Source of the DNA: the human T2T-CHM13v2.0 reference genome, Homo sapiens
Strand: one strand, 5' to 3'
DNA length: 64,000 nucleotides
Assembly (NCBI RefSeq): GCF_009914755.1
Contig: NC_060928.1
This document shows positions 1-20,180 of the stretch, piece after piece. Position 1 is the first letter of the stretch. Every line of letters begins with the position of its first letter. The notes under the pieces are model-generated. The model saw nothing but the letters and a program-made list of their open reading frames with translations, ran no database searches and had not been told where the DNA came from. A program made the position numbers and the translations under genes.

Positions 1-179
1 CATCTGCTTTTAAATCTCTACATTCCATTACTTAAAATAAAATGTTTAGAGGTATGTTTTGAAAACACACTAGGATATATGTGTGTGTAGATATATAGAT
101 ATAGATATGTGTTTCTCAACAGATTTTGCACTTCTGTATGTCATACATAGATCTATGCTGAACATCAATATAGATCAGT

Positions 180-335
180 GGTGTTAAGTTATAATGTGCA
201 CAGGACTCATCTAAGTATCCTTCTAAAATGTAGATCCCATCTCAGTAGGTCTCGAGTGGGTCCTGAGATTTACCTTTCTAATAAGTTCACAGTTGGTGCC
301 AATGCTGATGGTCCCTGACCCTTGCTTTGAGTAGC
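180..335. mobile_element. MER5-like hAT-Charlie DNA transposon fossil
   Basis: Resembles the MER5 core (tcagtaggtctcgagtgggtcctgagatt...ttctaataagttc...gctgatggtcc); boundaries approximate. Confidence 0.55.
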
Positions 336-339
336 TAGG

Positions 340-860
<521 letters not shown>

Positions 861-1524
861 TCCTCTTGACACATACACCATTGTCTCTCTTTCAAATGAA
901 ATGTGGCTAATAGCAGGGCCTGATTTCATGATAGGGAAAAGTGTTGAGAGCACCGAACCCAGAAGGATAATGATAGTGTGGTGGTGTAGGCTGGCCAATG
1001 GGCTAGGCTTGGATTTTAGTCATTGCTCATATTTGGGAGGCTCAAATAAGATTATGTCCATGAAGATATTTTGAAAACTGCAAATCACTGCAAGTACAAG
1101 AGAATCCAAGTACTAGTGAAAGTCAGTGGGAAAAAAATGTCAGCATGATATGTTGCCAGTATAATGACAATGGCTTACACTTGTGTAGACCGGTTTGCTT
1201 TACAAAGCATTTTTGTATGCTTCATCTCTATTTAACATTAATCTCTATTTAATAGTCACAGCAGACCAGAATATCTAGGAAGTTAAAACTGATTAAACTC
1301 TTTTTACTGCAGACAAGAAAACTAAGGCAAAGAGGTTAAGTGACAAGGCCAAGTAAAAATCATGATTGCTACTCCAACCTCTTTATTTTATAGATGAGTA
1401 AATGAGGCTTGTCTCAAAGTGTTGGCCCTTCATTCTCTTCCCAGTCTCTGCAGGGAAAATACATGAATAATGCGTCACAGAAAATGTTACAAAACCAAAA
1501 GATCAGAAAGTGGACCTAACTGCA

Positions 1525-1760
1525 CAGTCTAGTGGGTAAGAGCATGGATTCTGGCCTTAGACTCCAGCTTTCCCATTGACTAGCTGCATCACCCTGGAAA
1601 AGTGACTTCAACTCTCTGTGCCTCAGTTTCCTTGTCTATGAAAATGAGATGCTAACAGTATCCAGATTTTTAGGCTGTCAGGGGGATTAAATGAATTAAT
1701 ATTTTAAAAGCCCTTAAAATGGTGCTTGGCATATGGTATCTCATGAATATTAGTTACATA
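1525..1760 (+). mobile_element. MIR
   Basis: gtgggtaagagcatggattctgg...ctctctgtgcctcagtttccttgtctatgaaaatgag. Confidence 0.75.
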
Positions 1761-2219
1761 AATGTAGTACTTGGCCCTGGAGGGAAAACCAATAGTATCC
1801 CTAGTATCCCACTCCCTTTATGTTCTCCTAGATATTGTAGGATATGTGTACCTGTTCTACAAGGCTGTGGAAAGAAGGAAAAGAAGCAGAAAGTAAGCTA
1901 CATATCTCAAGTGACAGAGTGGAAAGGCTGGAATTTGAATTCAACTCAGTGGAACCCGAAGCCTTCATTCTTCTTTCCACTGAACTCCCAGACATGAATT
2001 CTAAATCTTGGCCAGCTAAAATGGGCAAGCCTTGCTCAGGAATAAAAGGTAAACATTTTCTTAGAGTGTCCTTGCCAAAATTTTGGGAAGGGAAGCTAGA
2101 CAGTATGTGACTAACTTTGCTTTCTCTTTATGTATTTATTGAGTTACTTATTTGTTTTTGATATCTTGAAATGAATCACTCAAAAACTTGACCTAGAATT
2201 ATATAATTTAGGTTTAGAT

Positions 2220-2418
2220 CACTGGTTCTCAACCAGAGACCATTTTAACCTCCAGGGACATTGAGATTGAACATATTTTTGGTTTTCACAACTGGGGGAA
2301 GGTTGCTACTAGTATCTAGTGGGTAGAGGCTGGGGTGTTGTTAAACATCCCACAGACACACAACAGCCCCCACAACAAAAAATCATCCAGCTCAAAATAT
2401 CAACCAGGTTTAGAGAAC
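2220..2418. mobile_element. MER20 (hAT-Charlie MITE)
   Basis: ggttctcaacc start and gctactagtatctagtgggtagaggc core. Confidence 0.75.
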
Positions 2419-2778
2419 ATCAACAGCATCATGGATCATGAGCACGAAGGGAGGAAGATTCTAAAAGTTGTCTAATCCAGTTTCCCACCATACGTAAATT
2501 CTCTCTACAGTAAGTCTGAAAAGCAATCACTGTGAAGGATAAACACAATACCTTGCTTCTTAGTTCAAAGTATTAAAAATGCAAGTCCTAGAACTTAGAA
2601 CTCATTATGTGAACCTGGTGTCCCTACAGATTTACTCACATCTTGTTTGGAACTTCCTCTTGTGTGTGCAATTCCTGTTGGGTTCTGCACCCCCACAACC
2701 TATCTTTTTTCTCTTCCCTCTGCTTATTGTTCCTATGTGGACAGTTTGACCTATCCAATTCTACTACTTTTTTCTATT

Positions 2779-3082
2779 AATTAATTAATTTATTTATTTG
2801 AGATGGAGTCTTGCTCTGTCACCCAGGCTGGAGTGCAGTGGCACGATCTCGGCTCACTGCAAGCTTGGCCTCCTGGGTTCACGCCTTTCTGCTGCCTCAG
2901 CCTCCTGAGTAGCTGAGACCACAGGCACCTGCCACCATGCCCAGCTAATTTTTTTTGTATTTTTAGTAGAGACGGGGTTTCACCATGTTAGCCAGGATGG
3001 TCTTGATCTCCTGACCCCGTGATCCACCTGCCTTGGCCTTCCAAAGTGCTGGGATTATAGGTGTGAGCCACCACGCCTGGCC
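2779..3082 (-). mobile_element. Alu (AluY-like)
   Basis: gttcacgcc and gttagccaggatggtcttgatctc diagnostics; TSD approximately ttttttctatt. Confidence 0.93.
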
Positions 3083-3404
3083 TTTTTTTTCTATTTAAAT
3101 AAACCTTTAATTGAAGTGTAATATACATACAGTAAAGTGCAGAAATCAAATGACCGATTAATTTTCACAAAGTGAACAATTCTTGTAACCACAACATGAT
3201 TCAAGAACTAGAACACTGGTGAAGTCCAAGATGGCCGAATCGGAACAGCTCCAGTCTACAGCTCTCAGCATGAGCGACGGAGAAGACAGGTGAGTTCTGC
3301 ATTTCCAACTGAGGTACCTGGTTCATCTCACTGGGGCTTGTCAGACAGTGGGTGCAGGACAGTGGGTGCAGCCCACAGACCATGAGCCAAAGCAGGGTGA
3401 GGCA

Positions 3405-3668
3405 TCACCTCACCCGGGAAGTGCAAGGGGTTGAGGAATTCCCTTTTCTAGCCAAGGGAAGCTGTGACAGACGGCAGCTGGAAAATTGGGTCACTCCCTC
3501 CCTAATACTGTGCTTTTCCAACGGTCTTAGCAAACAGCACACCAGGAGATTATATCCTATGCCTGGCTCAGAGGGTCCCATGCCCATGGAGCCTTGCTCA
3601 CTACTAGCACAGCAGTCTGAGATTGAACTGCAAGTCGGCAGCGAGGCTGGGGGAGGGGCACCCACCAC
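3405..3668 (-). pseudogene. L1 antisense ORF0 homolog with a GTG start instead of ATG
   Basis: (M)VGAPPPASLPTCSSISDCCAS... matches primate L1 ORF0 and starts ~453 nt into the 5'UTR as expected; the first codon reads GTG. Confidence 0.75.
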
Positions 3669-4243
3669 TGCTGAGACTTGAGTAGGTAAACAAAGCGGCT
3701 GGGAAGCTCAAACTGGGTGGAGCCCACCGCAGCTCAAGGAGGCCTGCCTGCCTCTGTAGACTCCACCGCTGGGGGCAGGGCATAGCCAAACAAAAGTCAG
3801 CAGAAACTTCTGCAGACTTAAGGGTCCCTGTCTGACAGCTTTGAAGAGAGTAGTGGTTCTCCCAGAACGGAGTTTGAGATCTGAGAACGGAAAGATTGCC
3901 TCCTCAAGTGGGTCCCTGACCCCCAAGTAACCTAACTGGGACGCACCTCCCAGTAGGGGCCAACTGACACCTCATATGGCCAGGTGCCCCTCTGAGATGA
4001 AGCTTCCAGACGAACAATCAGGCAGCAACATTTGCCATTCTGCAATATTTGCGGTTCTGCAGCATCTGCTGGTGATACCCAGGCAAACAGGGTCTGGAGT
4101 GGACCTCCAGCAAACTCCAAAAGACCTGCAGCTGAGGGTCCTGACTGTTAGAAGGAAAACTAACAAACAGAAAGGACATCCACATCAAAACCCCATCTGT
4201 ACATCACCATCATCAAAGACCAAAGGTAGATAAAACCACAAAG

Positions 4244-5242
4244 ATGGGGAGAAAACAGAGCAGAAAAGCTGAAAATTCTACAAATCAGAGCACCTCTTCT
4301 CCTCCTAAAGAACGCAGCTCCTTGCCAGCAATGGAACAAAGCTGGATGGAGAATGACTTTGAAAATTTGAGAGAAGAAGGCTTCAGAAGATCGGTAATAA
4401 CAAACTTCTCTGAGCTAAAGGAAGATGTTCGAATCCATTGCAAAGAAGCTAAAAACCTTGAGAAAACATTGGATGAATGGCTAACTAGAAAAAATAGCAT
4501 AGAGAAAACCTTAAATGACCAGATGGAGGTGAAAACCATGGCACGAGAACTACGTGACGCATGCACAAGGTTAAGTAGCCGTTTTGATCAACTTGAAGAA
4601 AGGGTATCAGTGATTGAAGATCAAATGAATGAAATGAAGCAAGAAGAGAAGTTTAGAGAGAAAAGAGTAAAAAGAAATGAACAAAGCCTCCAAGAAATAT
4701 GGGACTATGTGAAAAGACCAAATCTACATCTGATTGGTGTACTTGAAAGTGACAGGGAGAATGGGACCAAGTTGGAAAACACTCTTCAGGATATTATCCA
4801 GGAGAACTTCCCCAACCTAGCAAGGCAGGCCAACATTCAAATTCAGGAAATACAGAGAATGCCACAAAGATACTCCTCGAGAAGAGCAACTCCAAGACAC
4901 ATAATTGTCAGCTTCACTGAAGTTGAAATGAAGGAAAAAATGTTAAGGGCAGCCAGAGAGAAAGGTTGGGTTACCCACAAAGGGAAACCCATCAGACTAA
5001 CAGTGGATCTCTTGGCAAAAACTCTACAAGCCAGAAGAGAGTGGAGGCCAATATTCAACATTCTTAAAGAAAAGAATTATCAACCCAGAATTTCATATCC
5101 AGCCAAACTAGGCTTCGTAAGTGAAGGAGAAATAAAATCCTTTACAGAAAAGCAAACGCTGAGAGATTTTGTCACCACCAGGCCTGCCTTACAAGAGCTC
5201 CTGAAGGAAGCACTAAACATGGAAAGGAACAACCGGTACTAG
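4244..5242 (+). CDS. L1 ORF1p (RNA-binding chaperone), 332 aa, premature TAG about 9 codons before the normal end
   Basis: MGRKQSRKAENS...YPAKLGF...MERNNRY*; the sequence after the TAG continues PLQKHAKL*. Confidence 0.9.
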   Translation: MGRKQSRKAENSTNQSTSSPPKERSSLPAMEQSWMENDFENLREEGFRRSVITNFSELKEDVRIHCKEAKNLEKTLDEWLTRKNSIEKTLNDQMEVKTMARELRDACTRLSSRFDQLEERVSVIEDQMNEMKQEEKFREKRVKRNEQSLQEIWDYVKRPNLHLIGVLESDRENGTKLENTLQDIIQENFPNLARQANIQIQEIQRMPQRYSSRRATPRHIIVSFTEVEMKEKMLRAAREKGWVTHKGKPIRLTVDLLAKTLQARREWRPIFNILKEKNYQPRISYPAKLGFVSEGEIKSFTEKQTLRDFVTTRPALQELLKEALNMERNNRY

Positions 5243-5332
5243 CCATTGCAAAAACACGCCAAATTGTAAAGACCATTGATGCTAGGAAGAAACAGCATCA
5301 GCTAATGGGCAAAATAACCAGCTAACATCATA

Positions 5333-9152
<3,820 letters not shown>

Positions 9153-9857
9153 ACAATGAGAACACTTGGACACAGGATGGGGAACACCACACACTGGGGC
9201 CTGTTGTGGGGTGGGGGGAGGGGGGAATGATAGCATTAGGAGATATACCTAATGTTAAATGACGAGTTAATGGGTGCAACACACCAACATGGCACATGTA
9301 TACGTATGTAACAAACCTGCATGTTGTGCACATGTACACTAGAACTTAAAGTATAAAAAAAAAGAGAAAAAAGAACTAGAACATTGCCAGCACCCTAGAA
9401 GTTGTCTCTCCCCTACCTCCATCATAACCCCTTCACCGTCTTCAAAACTCTCTACCCAGACTTTACTTCTACTGTGTCTTCTAACACAGGAGGCTGGTTT
9501 TGCCTGTGTTTGAACCTTATGTACAGATATATTAAGTACTAGATTAATTATAGATTATGTTTTCTTTTGTGTCTGACTTCTTTTGCTCAAAATTATGGTT
9601 GTGAGAGTCAGCCACATTGAGTGCACAATAACTCATTCATTCTTATTGCTGTATAATATTTTATTATATAAATATACCACTACTTATTTATCCATGCTAT
9701 TTTTGCATCATTTCCAGTTTGGACTGTTATGAATAGCATAGTGCTGCTATGAGTTTTCCTGCACTATCTTTAGGTGGGTATATATATATATATGTATTTC
9801 TGTTATGTTTCAACCCAGGAGTGATATTTTGGGGTTAATATTCCGGAGCAGTGGTAC

Positions 9858-10559
9858 TGCTACCTGCAAGAAGTCCAGGTGTGCTATGCAGTCCTCAATT
9901 TTTATCTTCTTGGGAGAAAGAACTTGGCCAAGAGACAGAAGTAGATTTAAGTCAGAAATGAGAGTTTACTGAAACAAGAGTACACTTGGAAGAAACCAAG
10001 TAGGCAACTCAAAAGATTGAGTTCCTCACCTGATCACTGGCTCAGGAGTCTTATAGATTTACTATTTCCTGTCTTTCTGCCCCCACATCTCTTCTTCTTG
10101 TCCCTGGCTCTGGGTGAGCTGTTGGCTACTCACTGCATGTGCAGTGTCTTGCCAGTATCTGGGAGGGGCTGCATGCGCCCTTTGGTGGTTGAAGTTATGC
10201 ACATGCTCTCTTAGGGCAATTTCCCTTACCAGTCTAGAGCCCCAGAGGAAGGTCATATATGTGTCAAACTCTGTCATTTTGCCCCTTACTACACATGCCT
10301 GGACATGCCCCCAGAGAAAGGGCAAACTCCACCATTTTGCCCCTTACTGGGCATGCCTGGACATGTCTCCAGAGAAAGGTGCTCCACCATTTTGAGTTCT
10401 TATCAGGAAGTTGTTGCCCACAAGTCAAGAAGTCTCCTGTTTGTTAGGAAAATTTCCGCTTCCTGTTGCCAGCCACCTGACAATCACTGGACAGTTGCCT
10501 GACATTCTTTAAGGCCCTATCCTGTACTGCTCATATCTGCCTGTCTACGTACCCTAACA
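9858..10559 (-). mobile_element. ERV1 solo LTR, MER67/MER31 group
   Basis: TG...CA ends, 4-bp TSD gtac/gtag, and gcatgctc...ttcccttaccagtc...ggaaggtcatat motifs. Confidence 0.7.
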
Positions 10560-10736
10560 GTAGCAATTTACACTCCCATCAGTAATGTATGAGAGTTCCA
10601 GTTGTGCCACATCCTTGCCACTGTCTTGGTATTGCCACCATCTTTCTTTTTACTCAGTGGTTGCTAAAGAAACTGGGAAGCAGGAACCTTGGTTTTAAGT
10701 CAAGAAAAAACAGAAATTGTACTTGGATGATTAAAT

Positions 10737-10897
10737 AGAGTTGCCACATGTAGGAAAAAAAAAAACAAACCACAGACTATTCAGTTAAATTTGAATAAAT
10801 ATGTCACATGCAATATTTAAGGCACACTAAAAAATTATTCATCATTTATCTGAAATTCAAATTTAACTGGCATTCTGTATTTTTATCTGGAAACTCC
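10737..10897. mobile_element. MER53 palindromic hAT MITE
   Basis: cagttaaatttgaa ... tctgaaattcaaatttaactgg inverted arms. Confidence 0.75.
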
Positions 10898-11095
10898 ATT
10901 GGGTGGGTATGGGGAATGTCTTTGTGACTGATGCTATAACAGTGAATAACTGTTCGCCACATGTCTATGGGAACGGGATATGGTAGAGAGGAAGCAAAAA
11001 CAATGGAACTTCTGTAGGTTGTGCAAGAAGCCCTCCTCCCAACCCCCAGATGGAGGCCAAAGGACACTAACAGTAGCAGTGATCTATTCAGTCTC

Positions 11096-12111
<1,016 letters not shown>

Positions 12112-12170
12112 TGAGCTATAGTCAAAGTCTGTGCTCTTCCATTCTACCAAGTCCCCTGTCTTTTGGAAGG

Positions 12171-12682
12171 TGCCGAGACCAGCTCAGTTGGGGAGACCCT
12201 AACCCAATGGTGCTAGAGGAATTAAAGACACACACACAGAAATATAGAGGTGTGAAGTGGGAAATCAGGGGTCTCACAGCCTTCAGAGCTGAGAGCCCTG
12301 AACAGAGATTTACCCACATATTTATTAACAGCAAGCCAGTCATTAGCATTGTTTCTATAGATGTTAAATTAACTAAAAGTATCCCCTATGGGAAACGAAG
12401 GGATGGGCCAAATCAAAGGAATAGGTTGGGCTAGTTAACTGCAGCAGGAGCATGTCCTTAAGACACAGATTGCTCACGCTATTGTTTGTGGCTTAAGAAT
12501 GTCTTTAAGCAGTTTTCCACCCTGGGCGGGCCGGGTGTTCCTTGCCCTCATCCCGTAAACATACAACCTTCCAGCTTGGGTGTTAGGGCCATTATGAACA
12601 TGTTACAGTGCTGCAGAGATTTTGTATATGGCTAGTTTTGGGGCCAGCTTATGGCCAGATTTTGGGGGGCTTGCTCCTAACT
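12171..12682 (-). mobile_element. MER9 solo LTR (HERV-K9/HML-3)
   Basis: Antisense MER9 start (gttaggagcaagccccccaaaatctggccataa) and end (gagctggtctcggca); 6-bp TSD ggaagg/ggaagt typical of betaretroviruses. Confidence 0.9.
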
Positions 12683-14424
12683 GGAAGTTTTATTCTCAGC
12701 AGTTACTATTTATTGACTCCCTGGGGTCTTGCGCTGGGCTCTGTTTTTCTGAGCCAATCTGAGCTATCCAGATGGGATCAGGTAAAACAGCTGAGTAAGT
12801 CTCTCCTTGGCGTTCCAGGGCTCTTAATTCCCCCTATTTCCAGCCCCTCCTTTGCCCTCTGTATGCCTCCTTCTGGCATTCAGCCACCTACCAAATAATT
12901 CCATGGGTCGCATCAACCCACCAGCCCCTCATTAGAGATTAACCTAATTTCTGGAACAAGAAAGTAAAATAAAGTCAGTGGAAAAGGCCCTACTTTTTGT
13001 CACCTGTGTTAGGCCATAGCCAGGGAAAGGATCCCTTCCTCTTTATACACTGAAAGTGGAGAAAGGTTAGTTTCATACCAGTAGTTGGCTTCTGGACTCC
13101 TACATCTCCTGCAGCCTCCCAGATCCCTTCAGATCTGTTCCTTTCAAGGACCTCCCTTGTTCTTGAGCTTCTCCAGAAGCCAGAAACCCCACAGTAAGCC
13201 CTTTAGTCCTGCAACTGAGTGTGTATTTAGGGCCAATTCCCTCCCCTACTCCCACAGAACCTCTGGGTCTCCCAGAATTCATAAGTCTCTGCATCAGGAT
13301 AAGATTCTGCCTCATCTACCAATGGTGTCATTTCTGAAATTTTAGCCAAAAGAATGAAAACTCTCAGTTATAAGGAAATTAAAAAATGATTATGTGTAGT
13401 TGAAGATATGGCATTTCCTAATTTAAGCTACACAATTTATATAAACAAAGTGTACTCCAAAACATTTTTCTTCATGTTAAAAATGGTGCTCATGCTTGAT
13501 AATGCTTAAATTAGGAGTCCTCTCAGGAGTATTTGTGTTTTTCATAGCACAAGACTTGGAAAGTTTCTGACACTTGGCAAAGTTTAGTTATCCTCCTTTC
13601 ATCAAGCAAGTCAAAGGGACTTGGCTCACTAAAACATTTGTGAGGGGAAGAGATAAAAAGCAGAGGGTAAACTGGGTCTATCGATGCCTCCATTGTCTTC
13701 CATCATTAACCTCTCCAGTAACCTAATTTATTAAGCTTCTTCTCTACTTTTGTCCTATAATTTATTAAACTGGTGTCAGGCATACATGGTTCTAGAGGAA
13801 GACTGCCCTTTCACACCCAGACCCTCTATGCGTGCCCTCTGAAGCTCTTCACAATGTGACCTACCCTATTTCTTCAGTCCTTTTGATTTCTACTTCCATA
13901 AGTTATCCCATCACTACTCAGCAAGCAGCCCCTCTATATCTATTCCTGCTGTCAGTTACCGTCTCCTGTCTTCCTCTTTACCTGTTAACATCCCATCCCT
14001 AGTGCCCATCCACCAGGAAGCCATTTCTAACCTTCCATGTTGGATTTGCCTTTCCCTCCTCTGAACTTGCAAACCCCTTTCCAGATGTGGTGGAGAACCC
14101 TCTGGTCTGGCGCTCAGGACACTAGGATATCATTACAGCACTGATACTTGGCTCCCTCTGTGCTTTTTCTCTAAATGACAATGATACTATTTTCACTTCC
14201 TCCTTCCCACGGTTATTAAAAATATACAGGAATCTATACTAATAGCAGACATGACATTTATATACGTGTATTCTGAGCATGTACACCTTTTCTTTTGACT
14301 TATTTGTAGGTTTTTTTTGAGGACAGGTAACTGGACCTCAGTCATCTTTGTGTCCCCCAAAGATAATGGCCTACACATAGCCTAGAAAATAGTAGGTGCT
14401 CAATACAATTGTATTTATTTATAC

Positions 14425-14686
14425 CAGTGGTTTTCAACCATGGGTGATTTGCACCTCCCATCCGCCCTGCCCCACCCAACCACCACCTGCCTGAGACATA
14501 TGGCAATGTCTAGTAACAGTTTTAGTTTCTACAATTCAGGGAGATGGCAGAGAATTGCTACTGGCATCTAGTGGGTAGAGGCCAGGGAAGCCGCTAAGCA
14601 TCCTACAATGCACAGGACAGGCCCTGCCTTCCCTAACTTTCAACAAGAAGTTATTCGGCCCAATGGTGGCAAGGCTGAGAAACTCT
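14425..14686. mobile_element. MER20
   Basis: cagtggttttcaacc...gctactggcatctagtgggtagaggccaggga...gctgagaaactctg. Confidence 0.8.
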
Positions 14687-15148
14687 GATTTATACCCTTG
14701 ATCTTAAGGAGATTTGAGCCATTTACAAACTCACATATGCAATAAGATACCAAATGTAAAATGAAGAAATCAGGCACAGGAAAAATAAAGCCTAGAGCAG
14801 CTTTAGTGCGTGCTTTAAGGTTCCTATACAATGCTAGACATCACTGCACATTAGACCCTGAGCTTCTGATCAGGCAAAGCAAAGAGGGAACACAAATATT
14901 TAGGAGATTGGCCATGTCCATAAAAGACAAACAAATTAAAACCTAGAGAAATTTCTCGTCAAAATGGAGGTGATGCATGAAAAAGAGTGATCTAAGCCTT
15001 TAACAGTAGTTCTATAATAACTAGAACAGACATTTCCTAATGTAGGCTTAAAGAGTATGGAGGGATTAGAGTATGAGCACTGAAAGTAACGTATGAGAAG
15101 CTAAAATGATCCCATCCAAGTACTTATCTGTCTGATAATCTGAGATAA

Positions 15149-15521
<373 letters not shown>

Positions 15522-15952
15522 TAGCATTTTTGCCAGCTATTTATGAGGTTTAGTAAGAACTGGGCAGTGGTGAGACTGAGTTAAAAGTCTGGCAAGACCT
15601 TGAGTTCAGATTCCCAGCTCAAGCTGCTTATCCATGAGAAGAGGTATGCAGATGGAAAGGTATATAACGTATTGCATTGTTATAAAAATTAAGGAATGGA
15701 GTGGGGACACACAGCTGAATAGAAGACCACCCTAGTGTAGCATGGAAGTGAGCTTAAGTCATCTACCTACAGGAAAGTTTGTTTCCCTCAGAAACCACCT
15801 CTGGGTCTGCTTCAGCAAGTGACCACATGGCTGATAAAAGTCCCCAAGTTCTGTACCATAGAGCCTGGAAAACTTTTGTAGTAGGTATTACCACCTTCTC
15901 CCATGGTAATAAAAGAATGTAACAATACACCTACAGAGTCAAATTTTAAGTA

Positions 15953-16103
15953 CAGAAAGTCCCTCAACTTATATGGGGTGATGTCCAGATAAACTTATTA
16001 TAAGTAAAAAAAATTATTAAGTTGAAAATGCATTTAGTTCAGATAAATTCATCATGAAGTTGGAAAATTGTAAGTGGAATTATTGTAAGTTAGGGACTGT
16101 CTG
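15953..16103. mobile_element. MER47/Tigger5-type TcMar MITE
   Basis: TIRs cagaaagtccctcaactta / taagttagggactgtctg flanked by TA. Confidence 0.75.
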
Positions 16104-17470
16104 TAATGTAACTTCCTAGTCAATGCTGTAAAGATAAAAGAATTGCAATATGGAACCTTAGATATTATAATAAGTTGATCTTCTAAAAATACTAATTGGC
16201 CCTATTCTGCTTCTGAACCATTTGATCTGGTTGTAGAGATTGAGTGAGTGATCTGGAATTGGTATTTTTAAGGCTTCCCAGGTAATTACAAAGTGCAGCC
16301 AGGGTTGAGAATCACCACATTAAAGGAAATGATGATTTTTGAGTATTGAATTAGTCCAACTTGAGTCTTTTATACAATAATAAAATACATTTCCTCTCAA
16401 CTTCAAACTTCATGTACCACTTAAATTTTCTCCCCAAACATGTATAATTTAAAAAAATTAAGCCAAGGGGAACACTCATTCTATGGCATAGAATGAGGTG
16501 TTGCTTGGTTCTAAAAATGAATGAATGAATGAATGAATGAGTGAATGAATGAATAATATGCTCAATGAAGAAAATCTGAGAATTACCAAAATATCAAAAC
16601 AAAAAACCTCTAGCAATTCCACCATACAAAGCTTAACTACTTGTGACATTTTCAATGTATGTCTTTCCATTTAATCCATTAAAACAGTAATTAGTGTGTA
16701 GGACCAGTTTTTAATGAGGATATTCCCAATTGAGGCAATAAAACCATTTCTCCTGCAATGTGGAGAAGGCTGCTTTCCTTTCTGTTTGTTTTACATGGAG
16801 AGCAAGCATTCATCTCTTTTAAAACTGGTATCCAATTATGCTGTAGCTCAGAATTACCTAATTAGTTGAGATGCCCCCACCATGACTCTTGAGTTTGTGT
16901 GACAGGGTAGAGTCTGTCTAAGAAAGTCAAGAGTTTGAGTTCATCCCAAGGGCTGAAATACTATTGGTTTAATGAATGAATCTTTGAGTTACCTTAAAAG
17001 TCCCAATTTATATGCAGATATCCTAAAAGCCCTCGACTAAAAGTAGGTTTCTTACCTAGGCAATGACTTACTTCCCCAGACTCACGTTTTGCCTTTATTC
17101 TGTTTCTTCACATCTTTCTTGGAACTATTTGTCTCCAATAGGAGCTAAACAGAGAGGAATCCCAAAAGGAGAAGAGGGTACCCACCAGCCCCCAGAATTG
17201 CAGAGGGCTCAGCTCTAACCATGCTTAGCATGTCTGGTATCTGGCCATGTTCAGAGAATAGTCCTTTAGATGTCTCACATTTAACATCTTGGCTAAAAGA
17301 GCCAGAACACCTGTAAAGTGCAGCACTGTATTTTAAATCTTGCTGTGACTCAAATGTGAATTGGAATTGCCTGTTCTTCAAATAATGTGGGCTGAAGATC
17401 ACTTAGCTGGTGAGAATCCAGCTAACAGCTGCATTCACTTTGGTACAAAATGACTCAAAGGGACTTGGTT

Positions 17471-17948
<478 letters not shown>

Positions 17949-18896
17949 TTTTGTTTCTTTTTTTAACTTTTTCAGTGAACAGTCAACTTTGTTAAATTAT
18001 TTTAAATTTTGTTTTGCTGTAGATAGGGGAAAGGGTTCCTTTCAAAATGCCAACAACTTGTACTAGGGATGGAAGTCAAGAGAGCTAAGATAGCCTCAGC
18101 CATAAAACTGGTGGTAAAAATTTACAGAATGTTGAATTTGGGTGGTGTTTATAATCTATAACTCTAACAAGTCCCAATCTAATATTTTATAAGAAGACTA
18201 CAAAACTGTTCAGTGAGTGCTCTAGCCAGTATAAATGGATCTCAAAACTTCAATAAACATGCAATTATCTTGTGGCTGTGAAACAGATGTTGATAAATTT
18301 CATTTAGGAAAAGGGCAGCATCCTAGGCAAACACTTGATTATGAAATATTTCTTTTTCCCAAAAGCCTCCAGATGCATTCTTCCCAAACATGGTGTATAT
18401 TTGGGAAGAGACAGCCATTAAGTGTCTTTGTCTCTGACTTCATTGCCCCACATTTGTCTCTGTCTTCACTCCCCCAAGGAAAACCTGTGTGTTTCCACAC
18501 AGTGTTACATGCTAACTGCTCAATACAACTGATGGCCACTTCTCAAGTGTCTGCCCAGTCCTCAGGGATTCCTCTGAGTTTTATGAATACCTTCAAGTGC
18601 TCTTAGCGTTGTTCTTAGGGGTTAGGTTGTTCTTAGGGTTGGATTTCCCAGGTAACAAAAGCACAGCCTTAGGACACTCAAAAAGCTAGGGCAATAAAAT
18701 AAAATAAAAATGTGGAAAAATATGTAGCTCCTCCCTCCTCAAGTAAATGTCATCTTTAAGGAAAGTAATCACAATTATATTGGACTTCTTTACACTTATT
18801 TACTTATTTACATATGGAAAGTTATAGATGGGTAGCACATCACACAGTGTTCAGTGTGTTTAAGGCCTCTAAAGACATTTGCCTGGTCCTAGTTTT

Positions 18897-19252
<356 letters not shown>

Positions 19253-19671
19253 TGGTCCTGGTTATATTTTAAGGTCAGTTGTTTTCAGGTCTCTTCCCAC
19301 TACCCGAGTCTGAGATACACAGGTACTGGCCAGTCATCTTTTAATCCTACCACAGCACCTGGAGCACAGTAGATGCTCAATGAGCAATTTTTTTTTAAAT
19401 AAGTGAATGAACAAATGTTTGAAGACAGAACTGTGTGTCTCATGTACACAATTTAGGGGTCTCTATTCTAGACATCTAGACATCAGAAATATTACCTCCG
19501 AACCCTGTCCACTTCCCCTAATCAACTATCTTTAAGTGATGTGTTTGCCTTAAAGACTAGGAAGAGGGAGGAAAAAAAGAAGCTTCCCTTTTCCCCTTTT
19601 CTTAAATCATGCAAATGAGAAAGGCTAATCCTTCCCTCTAGAGTGAAAATACTGAAAGCTACTTTGGTAAT

Positions 19672-20180
19672 TGTTAGGGACAAGCTACCCCAGGAATCCC
19701 CCCAACTTCCCCTTACCCTGAATACTCTGCAGCTGCCTTCCTAAACACTTATCTGGGTGCCACAGCAAAGTTACCAGACATGCTAAGTGGAGCAAACCCT
19801 AATTACAGCCATTTGGGCAGCACCGGGGAAGTCGTGGGAAATGTGAACAAACCTTAGTTACACATTCTTGTAAATTCCTGTTTTTCATCTAACTGCCACC
19901 TTAAAAGTCAGGGAATGACGTGTTATAAGTCTATTACAAGCTGATGAACTACCTTTGTGCCTGTTACAAGCTAATAGATACTCTTAGCGGTAAAGATAAC
20001 CGACAAACAACCCCAGGATGCGGTTATACCCAGAAACTCCCTTAAGCCCCTCCGACCCCATATAAACTCCTCATTCTGTGAGTTCAGGGCTGCCTCCTTT
20101 GACTGTTAAGGAGCAGCCCAGCAGGTTAATAAACTTGCTTGACTTAGGTCTACTCATCCTTTCTCTCGGCTAGCCTTACA
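19672..20180 (+). mobile_element. ERVL-class solo LTR (LTR32/LTR18-like)
   Basis: TGTTAG...CTTACA ends, perfect 5-bp TSD gtaat (19667-19671 and 20181-20185), tataaa and aataaa inside; family name uncertain. Confidence 0.8.

Noticed and set aside
3405-3668. Functional L1 ORF0
   Set aside because: The start codon reads GTG rather than ATG, and there is no evidence of expression.
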